NCBI GenBank assembly: GCA_046563655.1
Contig: CM102289.1
Coordinates: 7,316,001 to 7,380,000 of the forward strand
Length of the DNA: 64,000 bases
Direction: 5' to 3'
From: Yuukianura sp. NJ FZ-2021
Taxonomy: Eukaryota
Every line of letters begins with the position of its first letter. Within the stretch, counting starts at the first letter, position 1. This document shows positions 12,974 to 24,032 of the stretch, piece after piece. The notes under the pieces were generated by a model. It was not told the origin of the DNA. It saw nothing but the letters and a program-made list of their open reading frames with translations, and did no database searches. A program made the translations under genes and the position numbers.

Positions 12974-13309
12974 TACGGAAAATGTAAAGGATTCGAAAAT
13001 CAAAACCAAGATTTGTCGCTTGGGCAGAGTATTCTGACAGACCATAGACTATAAAATGAGATGCAGATAATGATGACACCGCACCGCGATCGCTCGCGCG
13101 CGAACCGACAACAGCAATCTGTCGAAAAAAAATTCCAAGCAAAGTGTATTTTTACAATCACTTAAAATCACCTTGGTGATCTGATCTTTTATTACAGAAA
13201 GCAGACCTTTTACTAAAAAAAAAAGGTTTAGTAAAAGGTTTAGTAATATCATGTACCAAATTTTTATTATGGTTTTTTACTAACCTTGAATAATGTCAAG
13301 CTATGTAGA

Positions 13310-13560
13310 TGTCAGACGCTATAAAAATCCGAGACAAGAGTCTATGAACCTGCGCAGAATCTTTATCACTGGCAGTGTATAACTTCCTCCATAAAATCAT
13401 TCACAAGCAAGCGGTTAAGCATAAAAACGCATGCAGTAACAAAACAAGAAATAAAAGTAAAATATCCTGAACATTGTTTTTAATGTGACTAAACGTAACA
13501 TGTCACAGATGGAATGTGGATTCGGAAAACCTACAACAAGCACGATATAGATTTCGCTTG
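13310..13560 (-). pseudogene. Tandem-family copy B: internally deleted remnant
   Basis: 13330-13410 matches the 3' coding part of the paralogs (gacaagagt..gaacctgcgcagaatc). 13512-13545 matches their shared upstream motif (gaatgtggattcggaaaacctacaacaagc). No ORF remains, and the ATG|GT donor is altered. Confidence 0.55.
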
Positions 13561-13834
13561 ATAAAATTCAACAAAATCACAATTGCAACTTCTCTTGCAA
13601 AAGAGTTAATAATAGTTCGTACTTCTTTTATTAATTTGACTAGTTTTAACCTCAATGCAAAGTTCAAGTTGGCGAAATTTTAATTGGTTGAAGTTACAAA
13701 GCTTGAATACGGTTTTTTATTAATTCAATTCGAATTAAAGTCAACACGAAGTCGAACTTTAGTCATTTTAATGGAAGCTTTGGCGGATGTAATTTAGTAC
13801 GGAGTATTTCCTTAGGCTGTGGTAGTTGGTGAAG

Positions 13835-14705
13835 TTACAAAGCTTGAATACGTCCACGCACGCAGGCGCAAAGTGCAGTCAGGACACTGGCCACGAACAG
13901 TAGAGGCTGCACAGAGTTTGCGATTACAGCAGATGGGCTGCAAACCGGTTCATTATAACGGCTCTCCAGACATTTTTTACTTTTACAATGGCCGGCATAC
14001 TCCTTGAGCTCTTCCTGCGTAAAATGCAAGGTGCCTTTGACAACCAAAATACAACAAGTTGTATTTGCTACACCAGGTTATTCAGTACCTCCCTACTTCA
14101 AAATTTTTGGAGGAAAACAATTTTTTCCTCCAATTTTCCTCCAATTCCATTAAATTACATACAAATCACTACCATAGCAAGGCACGGCGACGCAAGTTTT
14201 GCAAATTATTTGAGAAAATTAAAAACATCGACTTACTGAATAACCTGGTGTAGAATAAACAGTTTGTTTATTTGTTTACCCACCTTGGTAAAATGTTTGA
14301 CCTTCTCCCACTGCATTTTTTCTGTGGTCCTGGCGGCGTGACAGTCTGGGTAAGTGTCACAGGCTTTCCCATCGTCACATAACTTCGAATCACCACTGTC
14401 GCTTTTCTTGTCCTTGTTGTCCGCTGGTTGTCCTTGTTGTTGCTTCATATAGTACATGATACCAACGATAAGTCCCACAGAAACCAGGAGGGAGATTCCC
14501 GAGACGATGAATCCATAAATCATCCGTCGGTTCCGATCACGCTGAACCTGCTCCACAACTTCTGGAGCTGGATTGTCGTAGTGAAAAACGACGTCGGGTT
14601 GGTGGTGGCGAAAACTGTGATGACTGTCGTGCTACGTAAAAAAACATAAAAATCACGCCAGGCAAACATAGACTAAACTGTACAAGTGAATGGACTTACA
14701 GGCAT
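13835..14705 (-). CDS. Tandem-family copy C (3 exons, extra intron containing a MITE)
   Basis: ATG CCT|GTAAGT at 14705. Exon ~14631-14284, then intron 14283-14015 (AAG|GT...CAG|GAA), then exon 14014-13835. Splicing restores the family C3-C4 spacing of 28 aa and gives CKSKKC-x9-C plus the tail PLLFVASVLTALCACV. Confidence 0.7.
14071..14250. mobile_element. MITE-like element, 180 bp, TA target-site duplication (Tc1/mariner-type signature)
   Basis: Perfect 20-bp inverted repeat ctacaccaggttattcagta (14068-14087) / tactgaataacctggtgtag (14234-14253), which includes the flanking TA on each side. The interior is AT-rich and non-coding. Confidence 0.75.
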
Positions 14706-15011
14706 TACGGAAAATTTGGAGAACTGGAAAATCAAAACCACGATTTGTCGCTTGGACAGAAAATGGCGACAGGCTTGACTGAATTGAGATAGATGAGGAA
14801 ACTGCGGGAAAATACCGAGGTATCGCCAACAGCAATCCGTCGTAAAATTTGAAACAAACTTTAGCGCTACAATACCTAAAATCACTATGGTGATATTTGT
14901 ATTTAAATTTTGATATTTTACCGAAAGCGAAATTTTAATTTCATGTTCCTGTTTGTTTGGCTTTTTAAAGTGAAGTTATTTATAATAATTAAAGTGCAGT
15001 TTTTAGAATAC

Positions 15012-15337
15012 TCAAAATTTTAAAAAGCTCGAAGACGCCATCAACATACCAGACAAGAGTGATTGAACCTGCGCAGAATCCGTACCACTTGCAGCACATA
15101 CATCATCCCCAAAAGCATTCACCAGGCATTTTCCACTTTTACACCGGCCATTTTGCCCATTCGTTGTTTCTTGAAATTCAAGTGCAACAAATTCCTGTGA
15201 GTGCTGGGTCACCGCAACCTTTGCAGAGTTTTCCATCATGGCATTTCGCAAGATCAGCGGAACTTTCATGTTTCTTGTCCCCGACAACCACGAAATTGAC
15301 GAGGGCCCCAAGACCTCCAAGTACTAAGAACAACACT
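15012..15337 (-). pseudogene. Tandem-family copy D2: 5'-truncated, frameshifted duplicate of copy E
   Basis: Starts mid-TM (VLFLVLGGLGALVNFVVVG). CHDGKLCKGC is in one frame, with a stop soon after; CKSGKCLVNAFGDDVCAASGTDSAQ is in another. The frameshift lies near 15190. Confidence 0.7.
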
Positions 15338-15419
15338 TTTTGTTGAACAACACAAAAAATTTTTTGAAACAATTCCAAAAATCAATTTGGTTTCATCGTA
15401 TTTTATTAAAATAGAAGAG

Positions 15420-15782
15420 CAGTCTGGGAAAGTGTTACAGGCCATCCCATCGTCACATAACTTCGAATCACCACTGTCGCTTTTCTTGTCCTTGTTGTCC
15501 GCTGGTTGTCCTTGTTGTTGCTTCATATTGTACATGAAACCAACGGTAAGTCCCACAACAACCAGGAGGACGACTCCCGTGGCGATGAATCCATAAATCA
15601 TCCGTCGGTTCCGATCACGCTGAACCTGCTCCACAACTTCTGGAGCTGGATTGTCGTAGTGAAAAACGACGTCCGGTTGGTGGTGGCGATAATCGTGATG
15701 ACTGTCGTGCTACGTAAAAAACATAAAAATCACGCGAGGTAAACATAAATTAAACTGTACAAGTGAGTGGACTTACAGGCAT
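15420..15782 (-). pseudogene. Tandem-family copy D1: 3'-truncated duplicate of copy C
   Basis: ATG CCT|GTAAGT at 15782. Encodes QRDRNRRM, the TM and CDDGMACNTFPDC, then homology ends at ~15420 in AT-rich filler. C4-C6 and the tail are missing. Confidence 0.65.
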
Positions 15783-16092
15783 TACGGAAAATTTGGAGAA
15801 TTCGAAAATCAAAACCACGATTTGTCGCTTGGACCGAAAATGGCGACAGGCTTGACTGAATTGAGATTGATGAGGAAACTGCGGGAAAATTCAGAGGTAT
15901 CGCCAACAGCAATCCGTCGAAAAAATTTTTGAAACAAACTTTATAGCTACAATACCTAAAATCACCATGGTGATGTATTTGTATCTAAATTTTGATATTT
16001 TACCGAAAGCGAAAATTTTAATTTCAAGTTCCAGTTTAGTTTGGCTTTTTAAAGTGTAGTTAGTTATAATTATTTTTAGAATACTCAAAATT

Positions 16093-16755
16093 TTAAAAAG
16101 CCTGAAAACGTCCAAGTACGCAGACGGTAGACGCCATCAAAATACCACACAAGAGTGGTTGAGTCTGAGCAGAATCCGTACCACTCGCAGCACATACGTT
16201 CTGCCCAAAAGCATTCACCAGGCATTTTCCACTTTTACACCCGCCACTTTTCCCATCCGCATAAAGTTCTTGAAAACGAAGCATGTCTTGTGCAGAAATA
16301 CGCGTTCCTTCGAGTTGTGGAGCACCGCATTTTTTACAGAGTTGTCCATCATGGCATTTCCAACGATCATCGGGACTTCCCTTTTTGCTGCCCCCGACAA
16401 CCACGAAATTGACAAGAGCCCCAAGACCTCCAAGTACTAAGAACAACACTGCCAGGCCAACGAAGACTTTCCAGGTACCTTTACGTCCTTGTGCCTGGGC
16501 TTGTTGGACTTGTTCTGGAGTCGGATTGTTGTAACGCATGGTCACATTTCCACGAGCGTCTTCAACCATAACCGTACTTGGAACTGCATTGGTTTGTTGA
16601 AAACCGGAGCTTTGACCGGGTTGATCCGAAATTAAATCTTGAGTTGTATTTTCGTAAGCAAACGCTGAAGCCTAAACAAGGCAGTGACCAATTAAGATTT
16701 TAAAATAAAAGCAAAACATTCAAACATAAATTTTGAATTGAGTAAACTTTACCAT
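16093..16755 (-). CDS. Tandem-family copy E
   Basis: Met-only first exon ATG|GTAAAG (16755-16753). The acceptor tttag|GCT TCA GCG opens ASAFAYENTTQ...RYNNPTPE, TM, CHDGQLCKKC...CKSGKC-x9-C and tail PLLCGILMASTVCVLGR. Confidence 0.8.
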
Positions 16756-17139
16756 GTCGGTACCAGAATGTGGATTCGGAATTCAAAAACAAGCGGGATA
16801 TCCGTTCTGACAAACAATTTAATGGGGCTGCTGTACGGTAGATTAAAATTTGACTGCGCGAGAACGGCAAATCACATCTTGCCAAATTAAAAATTTGGTT
16901 TTTCACTGGAAAATTTTTTGAGACAAGCAATATTTTCATAATCCTTTAGACAGACCGCACGTTGGTGATACCAAAGTTAATAAATCTGCATTTTACTCTA
17001 TTTTTCAGAATTCTCTTAAAAATTATTTTCTCCCTTATATCGTTTATTAATTCATTTCAAATTTAAATCAACATGAACATACGACGGAATATGTGTAATG
17101 ATTAAATAGTTTTACTGTAGATTGTGGTAATTGTTGAAG

Positions 17140-17813
17140 TTACAAAGCTGGAATACGTCCAAGCACGCATGCGCAAAGTGTAGTCAAGACGCCAGTCATG
17201 AGCAGAAGGGGTTGCACAGCATTCAGCCCAACAGCATTAGTAGGGGTGCATACCGTCTCGCCGAATGTATTCACCAGACATTGTCCACTTTTGCAATTGC
17301 GGGCCGCAAGGGTGGCCACTTGCTGTATGATAGTTCTCTCCCGCTCCGGAATTCCGTTTCCTTCACCGGTAGCAGGGCCGCATCCTGGATACGTGTCACA
17401 GAGTTTCCCCGCGTCACACTTCGGAGCGCCACCACTGCCGTCGTCTTTGTTCTTTTTAGCGTACATGACCCCGAGGCTGATGCCCACACAAACGACCACG
17501 AAGGCTGCCATGCCAATGAAAATGTAGCAACTTTTACCCCGTCGTCGTGCTTGGGCTTGTTGGACTTGTTCTGGGGTCGGATTGTTGTAACGCATGGTCA
17601 CATTTCCACGAGCGTCTTCAACCATAACCGTACTTGGAACCGCATTGTTTTGTTGAAAACCGGAACTTTGACCAGGTTGATTCGAGGCAAAATTTTGACC
17701 TGTATTGTCGAAAGTAAATCCTGAAGCCTAAAAAAAGGCAGTGACCAAATAAAAACTTGACATAAAAGTACAGCATGCTGAACATGGATTTTAGAGTGAG
17801 TAAACTTTACCAT
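17140..17813 (-). CDS. Tandem-family copy F
   Basis: ATG|GTAAAG at 17813. In-frame exon 2 encodes RYNNPTPE, TM CYIFIGMAAFVVVCVGISLGVMYA, CDAGKLCDTYPGC...CKSGQC-x9-C and tail PLLLMTGVLTTLCACVLGR. Confidence 0.8.
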
Positions 17814-18248
17814 GTCGTAGTCAGAATGTGGAATTGACAACCTAAAACAAGCGGGATGTCGTTTGGACAAACAATTTAAAGAGACTGACGTACGGTAGAT
17901 GAAAATTCGACCGCCGAGAACAACAAATCTCAACAGCTTGTTTGAAAATTAACTTTTTTTTATTGAATAATATTTTTAAACAAACTCCATTTTCATAATC
18001 TTATAGTCAGAAATCACCTTGGAGATACAAATACGAATGTCTGCAATAATTTACTTCTTCTTTTTTCAAAATTCAAAAAATCATCAAAAAAAATATCTCT
18101 TACATCGTTTATTTCAATTCAAATTTAAATGAACATGAACTTATAACGTACTATATACTAAGTTTAATTTTTTACCGAAACTTTATAATTTCAGTTTCTA
18201 AACAAATTTTGTGTTAGGGTAGTGTGAATATTGTTGTGTTTAGAATAC

Positions 18249-18918
18249 TCAAAATTTTACAAGGGTTGAATAACGCCCAACGATGTAGATGCTGGATGCT
18301 GTCAAAATAGCAGACAAGAGTGGTTGAGCCTGCGCAGAATCCGTACCACTTGGAGCACATACGTCCCGATGAAAGGCATTCACCATGCAAAATCCACTTT
18401 TACACCAATCATTGTGCTTCTCCGCAAATCGTTGAAAATCAATTATTTGATCTGCAGAGATACGGGTTCCATCGAGTTGTGGGTTTTTGCAGTTATCGCA
18501 AAGTTTTCCATCATCACATTTCGGACGATCCGCGGGACCTCCCTTTTTGCTGCCCCCGACAACCACGAAATTGACGAGGGCCCCAAGACCTCCAAGTACT
18601 AAGAACAACACTGCCAGGCCAACGAAGATTTTCCAGGTACCTTTATTTGCTTCTGCCTGGGCTTGTTGGACTTGTTCTGGGGTCGGATTGTTGTAACGCA
18701 CGGTCACATTTCCACGAGCGTCTTCAACCAGAACCGTACTTGGAACTGCATTGTTTTGTTGAACACCGGAGCTTTGACCAGGTTGATCCGAAATTAAATC
18801 TTGAGTTGTATTTTCGTAAGCAAACGCTGAAGCCTAAACAGAGGCAGTGACCAATTAAAATGTTGAGATAAAAGTAAAACATCCAAACATAAGGTTTAAA
18901 TTTAGTAAATCTTACCAT
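18249..18918 (-). CDS. Tandem-family copy G
   Basis: ATG|GTAAG at 18918. Exon 2 is closely similar to copy E and encodes CDDGKLCDNC...CKSGFC-x9-C and tail PLLSAILTASSIYIVGR. Confidence 0.8.
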
Positions 18919-19368
18919 GTCGGATCTAGAATGTGGGTTCAAAAATCAGAAACAAGCGGGATGTTGTTTGGACGAAGAGTGTGATGAGGCTGTGTAACGG
19001 TAGATTATACTGGATGCGCGAGAAGGAAAAATCACAGTTTTGTTCGAATCCAAAATTTGGTTTTCATTGAAAAATTTTCTGAAACAAACTCCATTTTCAT
19101 AGACAGAATATCACCTTGGTGATACGAAATGACAAAATGAGTATCTGAATTTTGCTCTGCTTCTTTTCTTTAGCAATAATTAATTTTTTTTACTTGGGGC
19201 GTGGCGTAATAGGAGAAGCAAAAAAAGAGAAATGAAATGTTGAGAAAAATTGAACGACGAGTGTCAAGTGTACAATATTTGATTTTGGCAGGACAAGCTG
19301 ACAAACTAAAAATATTTGTTAAGATACTTATCATGTATGCTAACATAAAGTTTAAGAAAAGTAGGAGT

Positions 19369-21179
19369 TCAATTTCGCTTAATTTTTTCGGTTGAGGTTG
19401 GGCCAGTCCGAGAACGAATGGATCGGAAAGTGCATCTTAAGATGATCACGATCAAGTACACGATTAGTAAAAACGAAGTCGCGAGGAGACTAATGACATC
19501 TAGTGAGTGATACTGAAAAGCATTCAGGTTTCTTCCTGCACTGCGCAAGTGCGAAGTGTCATTAGACCTCAGTAAGTACTCCGTCCAGAACACCGCTAAA
19601 CAAAATTTCAAAGTCACCAATGTTAAAAGAATTCACAAGTTGTTCGAAAGTTCCTAGCTTCTCTTAAACGTAATCTGTTTCGTCAAACCTGTATCGAGCG
19701 GTGACTGTGGACGATCGCGGTACATCGCCGACACTTCCTTGGCCTTGGCATGAAACGACGGATTGTCCAAAATTTGTTGTAACTTGGACGATACTAGTTC
19801 TTCCGTAACAGCTTCAAAATCCAATGTAATTGAAAAACCTCTGGAATGAGCCAATTGCAAATTTCCATCTTGGTCTCCAAACAGTGGAAGGCCTAGGAGC
19901 GGTACGCCGTGAAACGCTGATTCTTGGATGCTCAGCAGTCCACCGTGAGTGATGAACAACCTAATTTAAAATATAAATTAAATCGTTAAAAAAATTAACT
20001 TAAGTTTACAATTTTGAATCTTTGCTACTCAAGTTTACCGAATTGATGGATGTGCCAAAACGTCCTGTTGTGGAAACCATTTACCCAATTTGACATTTGG
20101 CGGCAAATCAGCCATCGTTTCAGTTTCAAATTTCCAGAGAACGCGTTGCTTCAATTTCGAAAAAGCTTTTAGAAAACTTTTACGGTAACTTTCTGGCAAT
20201 TGCGATCCCTGCAGAAACGAACCCAGGCTGAAATATATGAATCCATGATCTCCAGCTCCAGAAATGAAGTCCTCCAAATCCTATTTCAAAATTTCCCAAA
20301 CAAAATTTTCAATTCAAAATTCAAATTACTAAAATTTCATTAAAATTTATGTACTTTTGGCAAAGCTTTTCCTTCTTGACATTGCATCCCCGAAGTTTCA
20401 ACCATGTTGGGCAGAAGTGGCCGTGGATAGTTAATAAGCGGATGACTATTGATCAAAATCAGATCAACTTTCTTATGAAACTCTTCTACCGACGGAGCAT
20501 CCGGGAAGTATTGCTGATACACTCCTTGCATAGCTGGAACATGGAAGTAGTGGTACAGGTAGTAATTATAAATAGTTGATACAAAATTTTTCAATCGCTG
20601 GAAATAAGTCATGTGTTCAGTAAAAGGTTGATCAAACACAGGAATATGCGACGGGATCACTGGATTTCCGAATGCCGACGAAACCCATGAAAGTAGTGGC
20701 AAAGTACTGTACTGCATCAGTTTGGCTTTCTTGAATGCCGATGCTAGGCCGTACATGCATTCATTTGCAAAGGAATTGACAATGACAAGGTCAAACTCTT
20801 CGTTCAATAAGTTCTGGATGGCTGGAACTGAATGTGATTTATGACAAAAATGTGTGTAAATTTGGGTCACATCGGAGTCAAAAAGACTTATAGCTTTTCC
20901 GGACAATCGCTGATCAAAGGCGCTTGTTTGGAAAGCACTGCCCATCTCAGCCGAATCTAAATTTTGAATGTATCTTATGTTTGAAATGGACTTGGACGAC
21001 GGAAAATTTGTGATGATTGTGACATGGTGACCGCGAGATGCCAACGCTTTGTACAACGGTTCGAAGCCAATCGTGTGACTCTTTGTACCGAAAGCGGCAA
21101 TTGCAAGTATACGAGCTCCGGATGCTTCTTGGTACGAAAATGCCAAGCACAAAAGCACTACGCCAAATTGCCACCACAT
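19369..21179 (-). CDS. UDP-glycosyltransferase (animal ER-type UGT, GT1; 521 aa)
   Basis: Exons 21179-20355, 20280-20039, 19960-19689 and 19595-19369. Signal peptide, catalytic-region KSH, UGT signature WFPQQDVLAHP...FITHGGLLSIQESAFHGVPLLGLPLFGDQ, C-terminal TM and basic tail EKIKRN. Confidence 0.95.
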
Positions 21180-21521
21180 TCTCCGAAATTTAAATTTTTC
21201 AAACCCAAACTGTTCAAAATTTTAAAATAAACTAATATCCGGCTCTACAGAGGGCCCGAATCGACTAAACTTTTTTTACATAACAAAATGTTATTTGAGT
21301 TTCTCTTGTCACAATATTCCGTTTGACCTTTGAACTTTTTCGAACGAACAATGAAAATTTTGGAAGAGTGAGAAAGATAAGATCCGCTTTTTGTATGAAA
21401 TTGAACGATACAGAAAAAGTTATGGTAAAGTGGCTCTTTGTGTAAAGTTTAATCTATGACTGGAAATATACCTCAAAGTATTGTAAAAATAGGATTGTAC
21501 AAAATTATTTGAGAAATTACG

Positions 21522-23435
21522 TTAGGACGAACTAGATTTGGAATGTTTCTTCCAAAACTTTTTGACATCCTCATGTCCACTGGCATAAACGACTACAGTT
21601 CGTTTTTGGTCACTGGCATGTGCTAGAACACCAATTTTCTGTGCATAGTCTCTTACTACTTCGTAGTCAGTGTGGGTCAGAAACTGATTATAAAGGGCAC
21701 CATGGGTGTACTTGAGTCGATTTCGTTCGGCTTGCCATATCCGAAGTTGGTCCAAGACTGATGGTGGAAGAGGAGATGCAACATTGCCTGACCTTGAAGT
21801 AAAATATACTTGGCAATTCAAACTATAAATAGCTTTTCAAACTTAAATCTTACTCTTTGATCATTTCTTCATGGGCATGAATACTTAGGTAGGTAATAAT
21901 TTGCTCTGCCGTGATACCGTTCCGCATTGCTTCTCCAACTGAATTCCTTGTAAGGACACCCACAACCACGTTTGGCAAACGGTAAGAAAATTCGGCAAAC
22001 ATTCGGACCAGTGCAATTTGCAGTTCTGGAAGTCACAAAATAAACCAATTGATTCTGATTATTTCATTTGATGCAAACTAAGAATGATGAAGTTACCTGA
22101 ATCCGAGTAGGCATAGAGTCTATAGTTAGTTTCAACAACAATGAATCCAGTCTTTTGTTTTTCTGTGTCCAATGCTATACGACGATTCTTTGAGAATAGA
22201 TTTTCGGCCAGTTTTGTCGGGTAAAATCTGCCAGCTTTCCTCTATCAGCCAAATCAAAAGAGAACTTAAAATCAACAACAATGCAGTGCTTGCTTTAAGA
22301 ACTTACCGATCTTTGATGTAACAGTCCAAATTCTCTGAGATTTTGAATAAATTGTTGCATTGGTTCTGAAAAGCCTTCGGAACTGTAGCCTTTTCCAACA
22401 GTGTTCAGTGACAGGGCAAATAGAAAAGCTAAACACTCTGACAGTTTTAGTCCTTTCACCTCCACTGTCTCCAAGTACTTGATGATGAAGTACCAAACTT
22501 GAGATGCTGTATCGAGAAGTAGAAACTGAAATCCTTCTTTCGTAATGGACGGAACCGGGTCATCGTTCTCCCTAAAATGAAGAAAAAGAAGGAGTCACCA
22601 CAATGATTCACTGAATGTCAACAGAGTTGCAAGTAATAAATGGTATACATGAGTCCAGCATGTTGCAAAGTTACGATTGCATCACGTGAAACGCTTTCAG
22701 CCTGTTGTGCTCTTTGAGTATCAGCCAAGTAGTGAAGTAGTGCTTCCCATCTTTGTAAAGCGTAAGCATCCAAATCCGCAACGCTCTTCGGTTTTGGGTC
22801 AGGTCCCATTTTATGGCTATTTGTCCAAGGACTGCCACTGCAATCAAAGAAATACTAAATGAGAAGATCACTAGGTTTTCAAGTTAATGGCAAAGCGATT
22901 TCACGTACCCGCCCAGCAGTCCCACTTTGAGATTATGTCGGAAAGTCGGATTTAGAATCCAACCCGTTAGTCCGCCGGGTAGCGCAGACTCGTTCCATAT
23001 CTTCAATGAACTTAGAATACTTGCACCGGCCTTGTAATCCCTACTCAAAGAAACAAAACAAATTAGTCGTCAGCTGAAACATTTTATCAGCAAAAGGAAG
23101 GCTGAACTTACTCCATGAACGCTGTAGATACCCATGTCTTCAAAACGGAACTAGGCAAAACTTGATCAACGTACAGAATCCTAAGAACTACCATTTGCGA
23201 AATCTTCGGCAACGCTTCTCTGAAATACAAACAATTTGAAAATGTTCATGTTCCCGTTCCCGTTGGTACATAGTTAGTATAGCAAGTAAGTCCGAATCAA
23301 ATGATCACCTTACCTAAATATTCCCAAACAGGCAGCGGGGTATGAAAATAATTCTGTGAGTGCATGACTTGGTAGCCCTCTTAGATAATCAGCTAAACCT
23401 TTGCAAGCTTTAAAATACTCTTGAACGTTACTCAT
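21522..23435 (-). CDS. GTF2H4: General transcription factor IIH subunit 4 (p52/Tfb2); multi-exon
   Basis: N-terminal LADYLRGLP...LFSYPAACLGIFR, LDAYALQRWEALLHYL, GFIVVETNYRLYAY and C-terminal PPSVLDQLRIWQAERNRL...GALYNQF match Tfb2/p52 motifs. Confidence 0.92.
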
Positions 23436-24032
23436 TTTTGAATTTATGCTCCAAATTAACGTATCGATGAAATCAAGTTTCAGATTTTATTTTCGTTGAG
23501 AGCGACGAGCGAAGACCGATAAGATAAGTAATCGGAAGAACCGGAACAGGGAACAGCCGATACGATCAGTAAGAAGCTGAGTGCAGTACTGACAGTCACA
23601 CCTATACTGAATCCCACTTCAACGCTTGGAAAAACGAATAAATGAAACCATTCTAATAATTATGTAATTAATTTTTTAGCAACTGTTAGTTTAGTTTTAG
23701 TTTCAATCTCTGACTGACTGAGCACGTGAAAAATAGCACAGAAGAAAAGGCAACACAGAAACACAAAAAACGACACAAAATTTAACTCAATTTATCAAAA
23801 TCCCGGTGATTTTATTTGAAAAATTTCAAAAGTTCTCAATTCAAACTTCACGTCACAGCATAGCTCAAATTTTGATAAACAATAAACAATACATTTTGAC
23901 ATTCTCTTGCGAAAGGTCGTTGACCTTCTCTTTTTATTTTTTAGAATGTCAAATTATAAGTTGATCAAAACTTTTGAGTAGTTAGTAGTATGATGATTAG
24001 GAATTCTTTTTTCAGAAAGAAGTTTCAGAATT

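Larger units (their letters stand above)
14342..16450. repeat. Segmental tandem duplication of ~1 kb (14342-15337 vs 15420-16450)
   Basis: Long near-identical stretches at an offset of ~1.08 kb, e.g. gcttttcttgtccttgttgtccgctggttgtccttgttgttgcttcatat at 14401 and 15479. Similarity covers coding, intron and intergenic DNA. Confidence 0.85.

Noticed and set aside
13205..13290. Short inverted repeats (ttttactaa / ttagtaaaa)
   Set aside because: Low-complexity AT-rich sequence with no clear TSD or termini.
17131..17724. 197-aa plus-strand ORF and similar antisense ORFs over the tandem family
   Set aside because: These are antisense shadows of the minus-strand genes. Their protein sequences are not conserved between copies, whereas the minus-strand Cys pattern is.
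23455..23605. DRE-like (tatcgatg) and motif-1-like (agtcacacc) promoter elements near TFIIH p52
   Set aside because: Both are imperfect matches and the transcription start is unknown.
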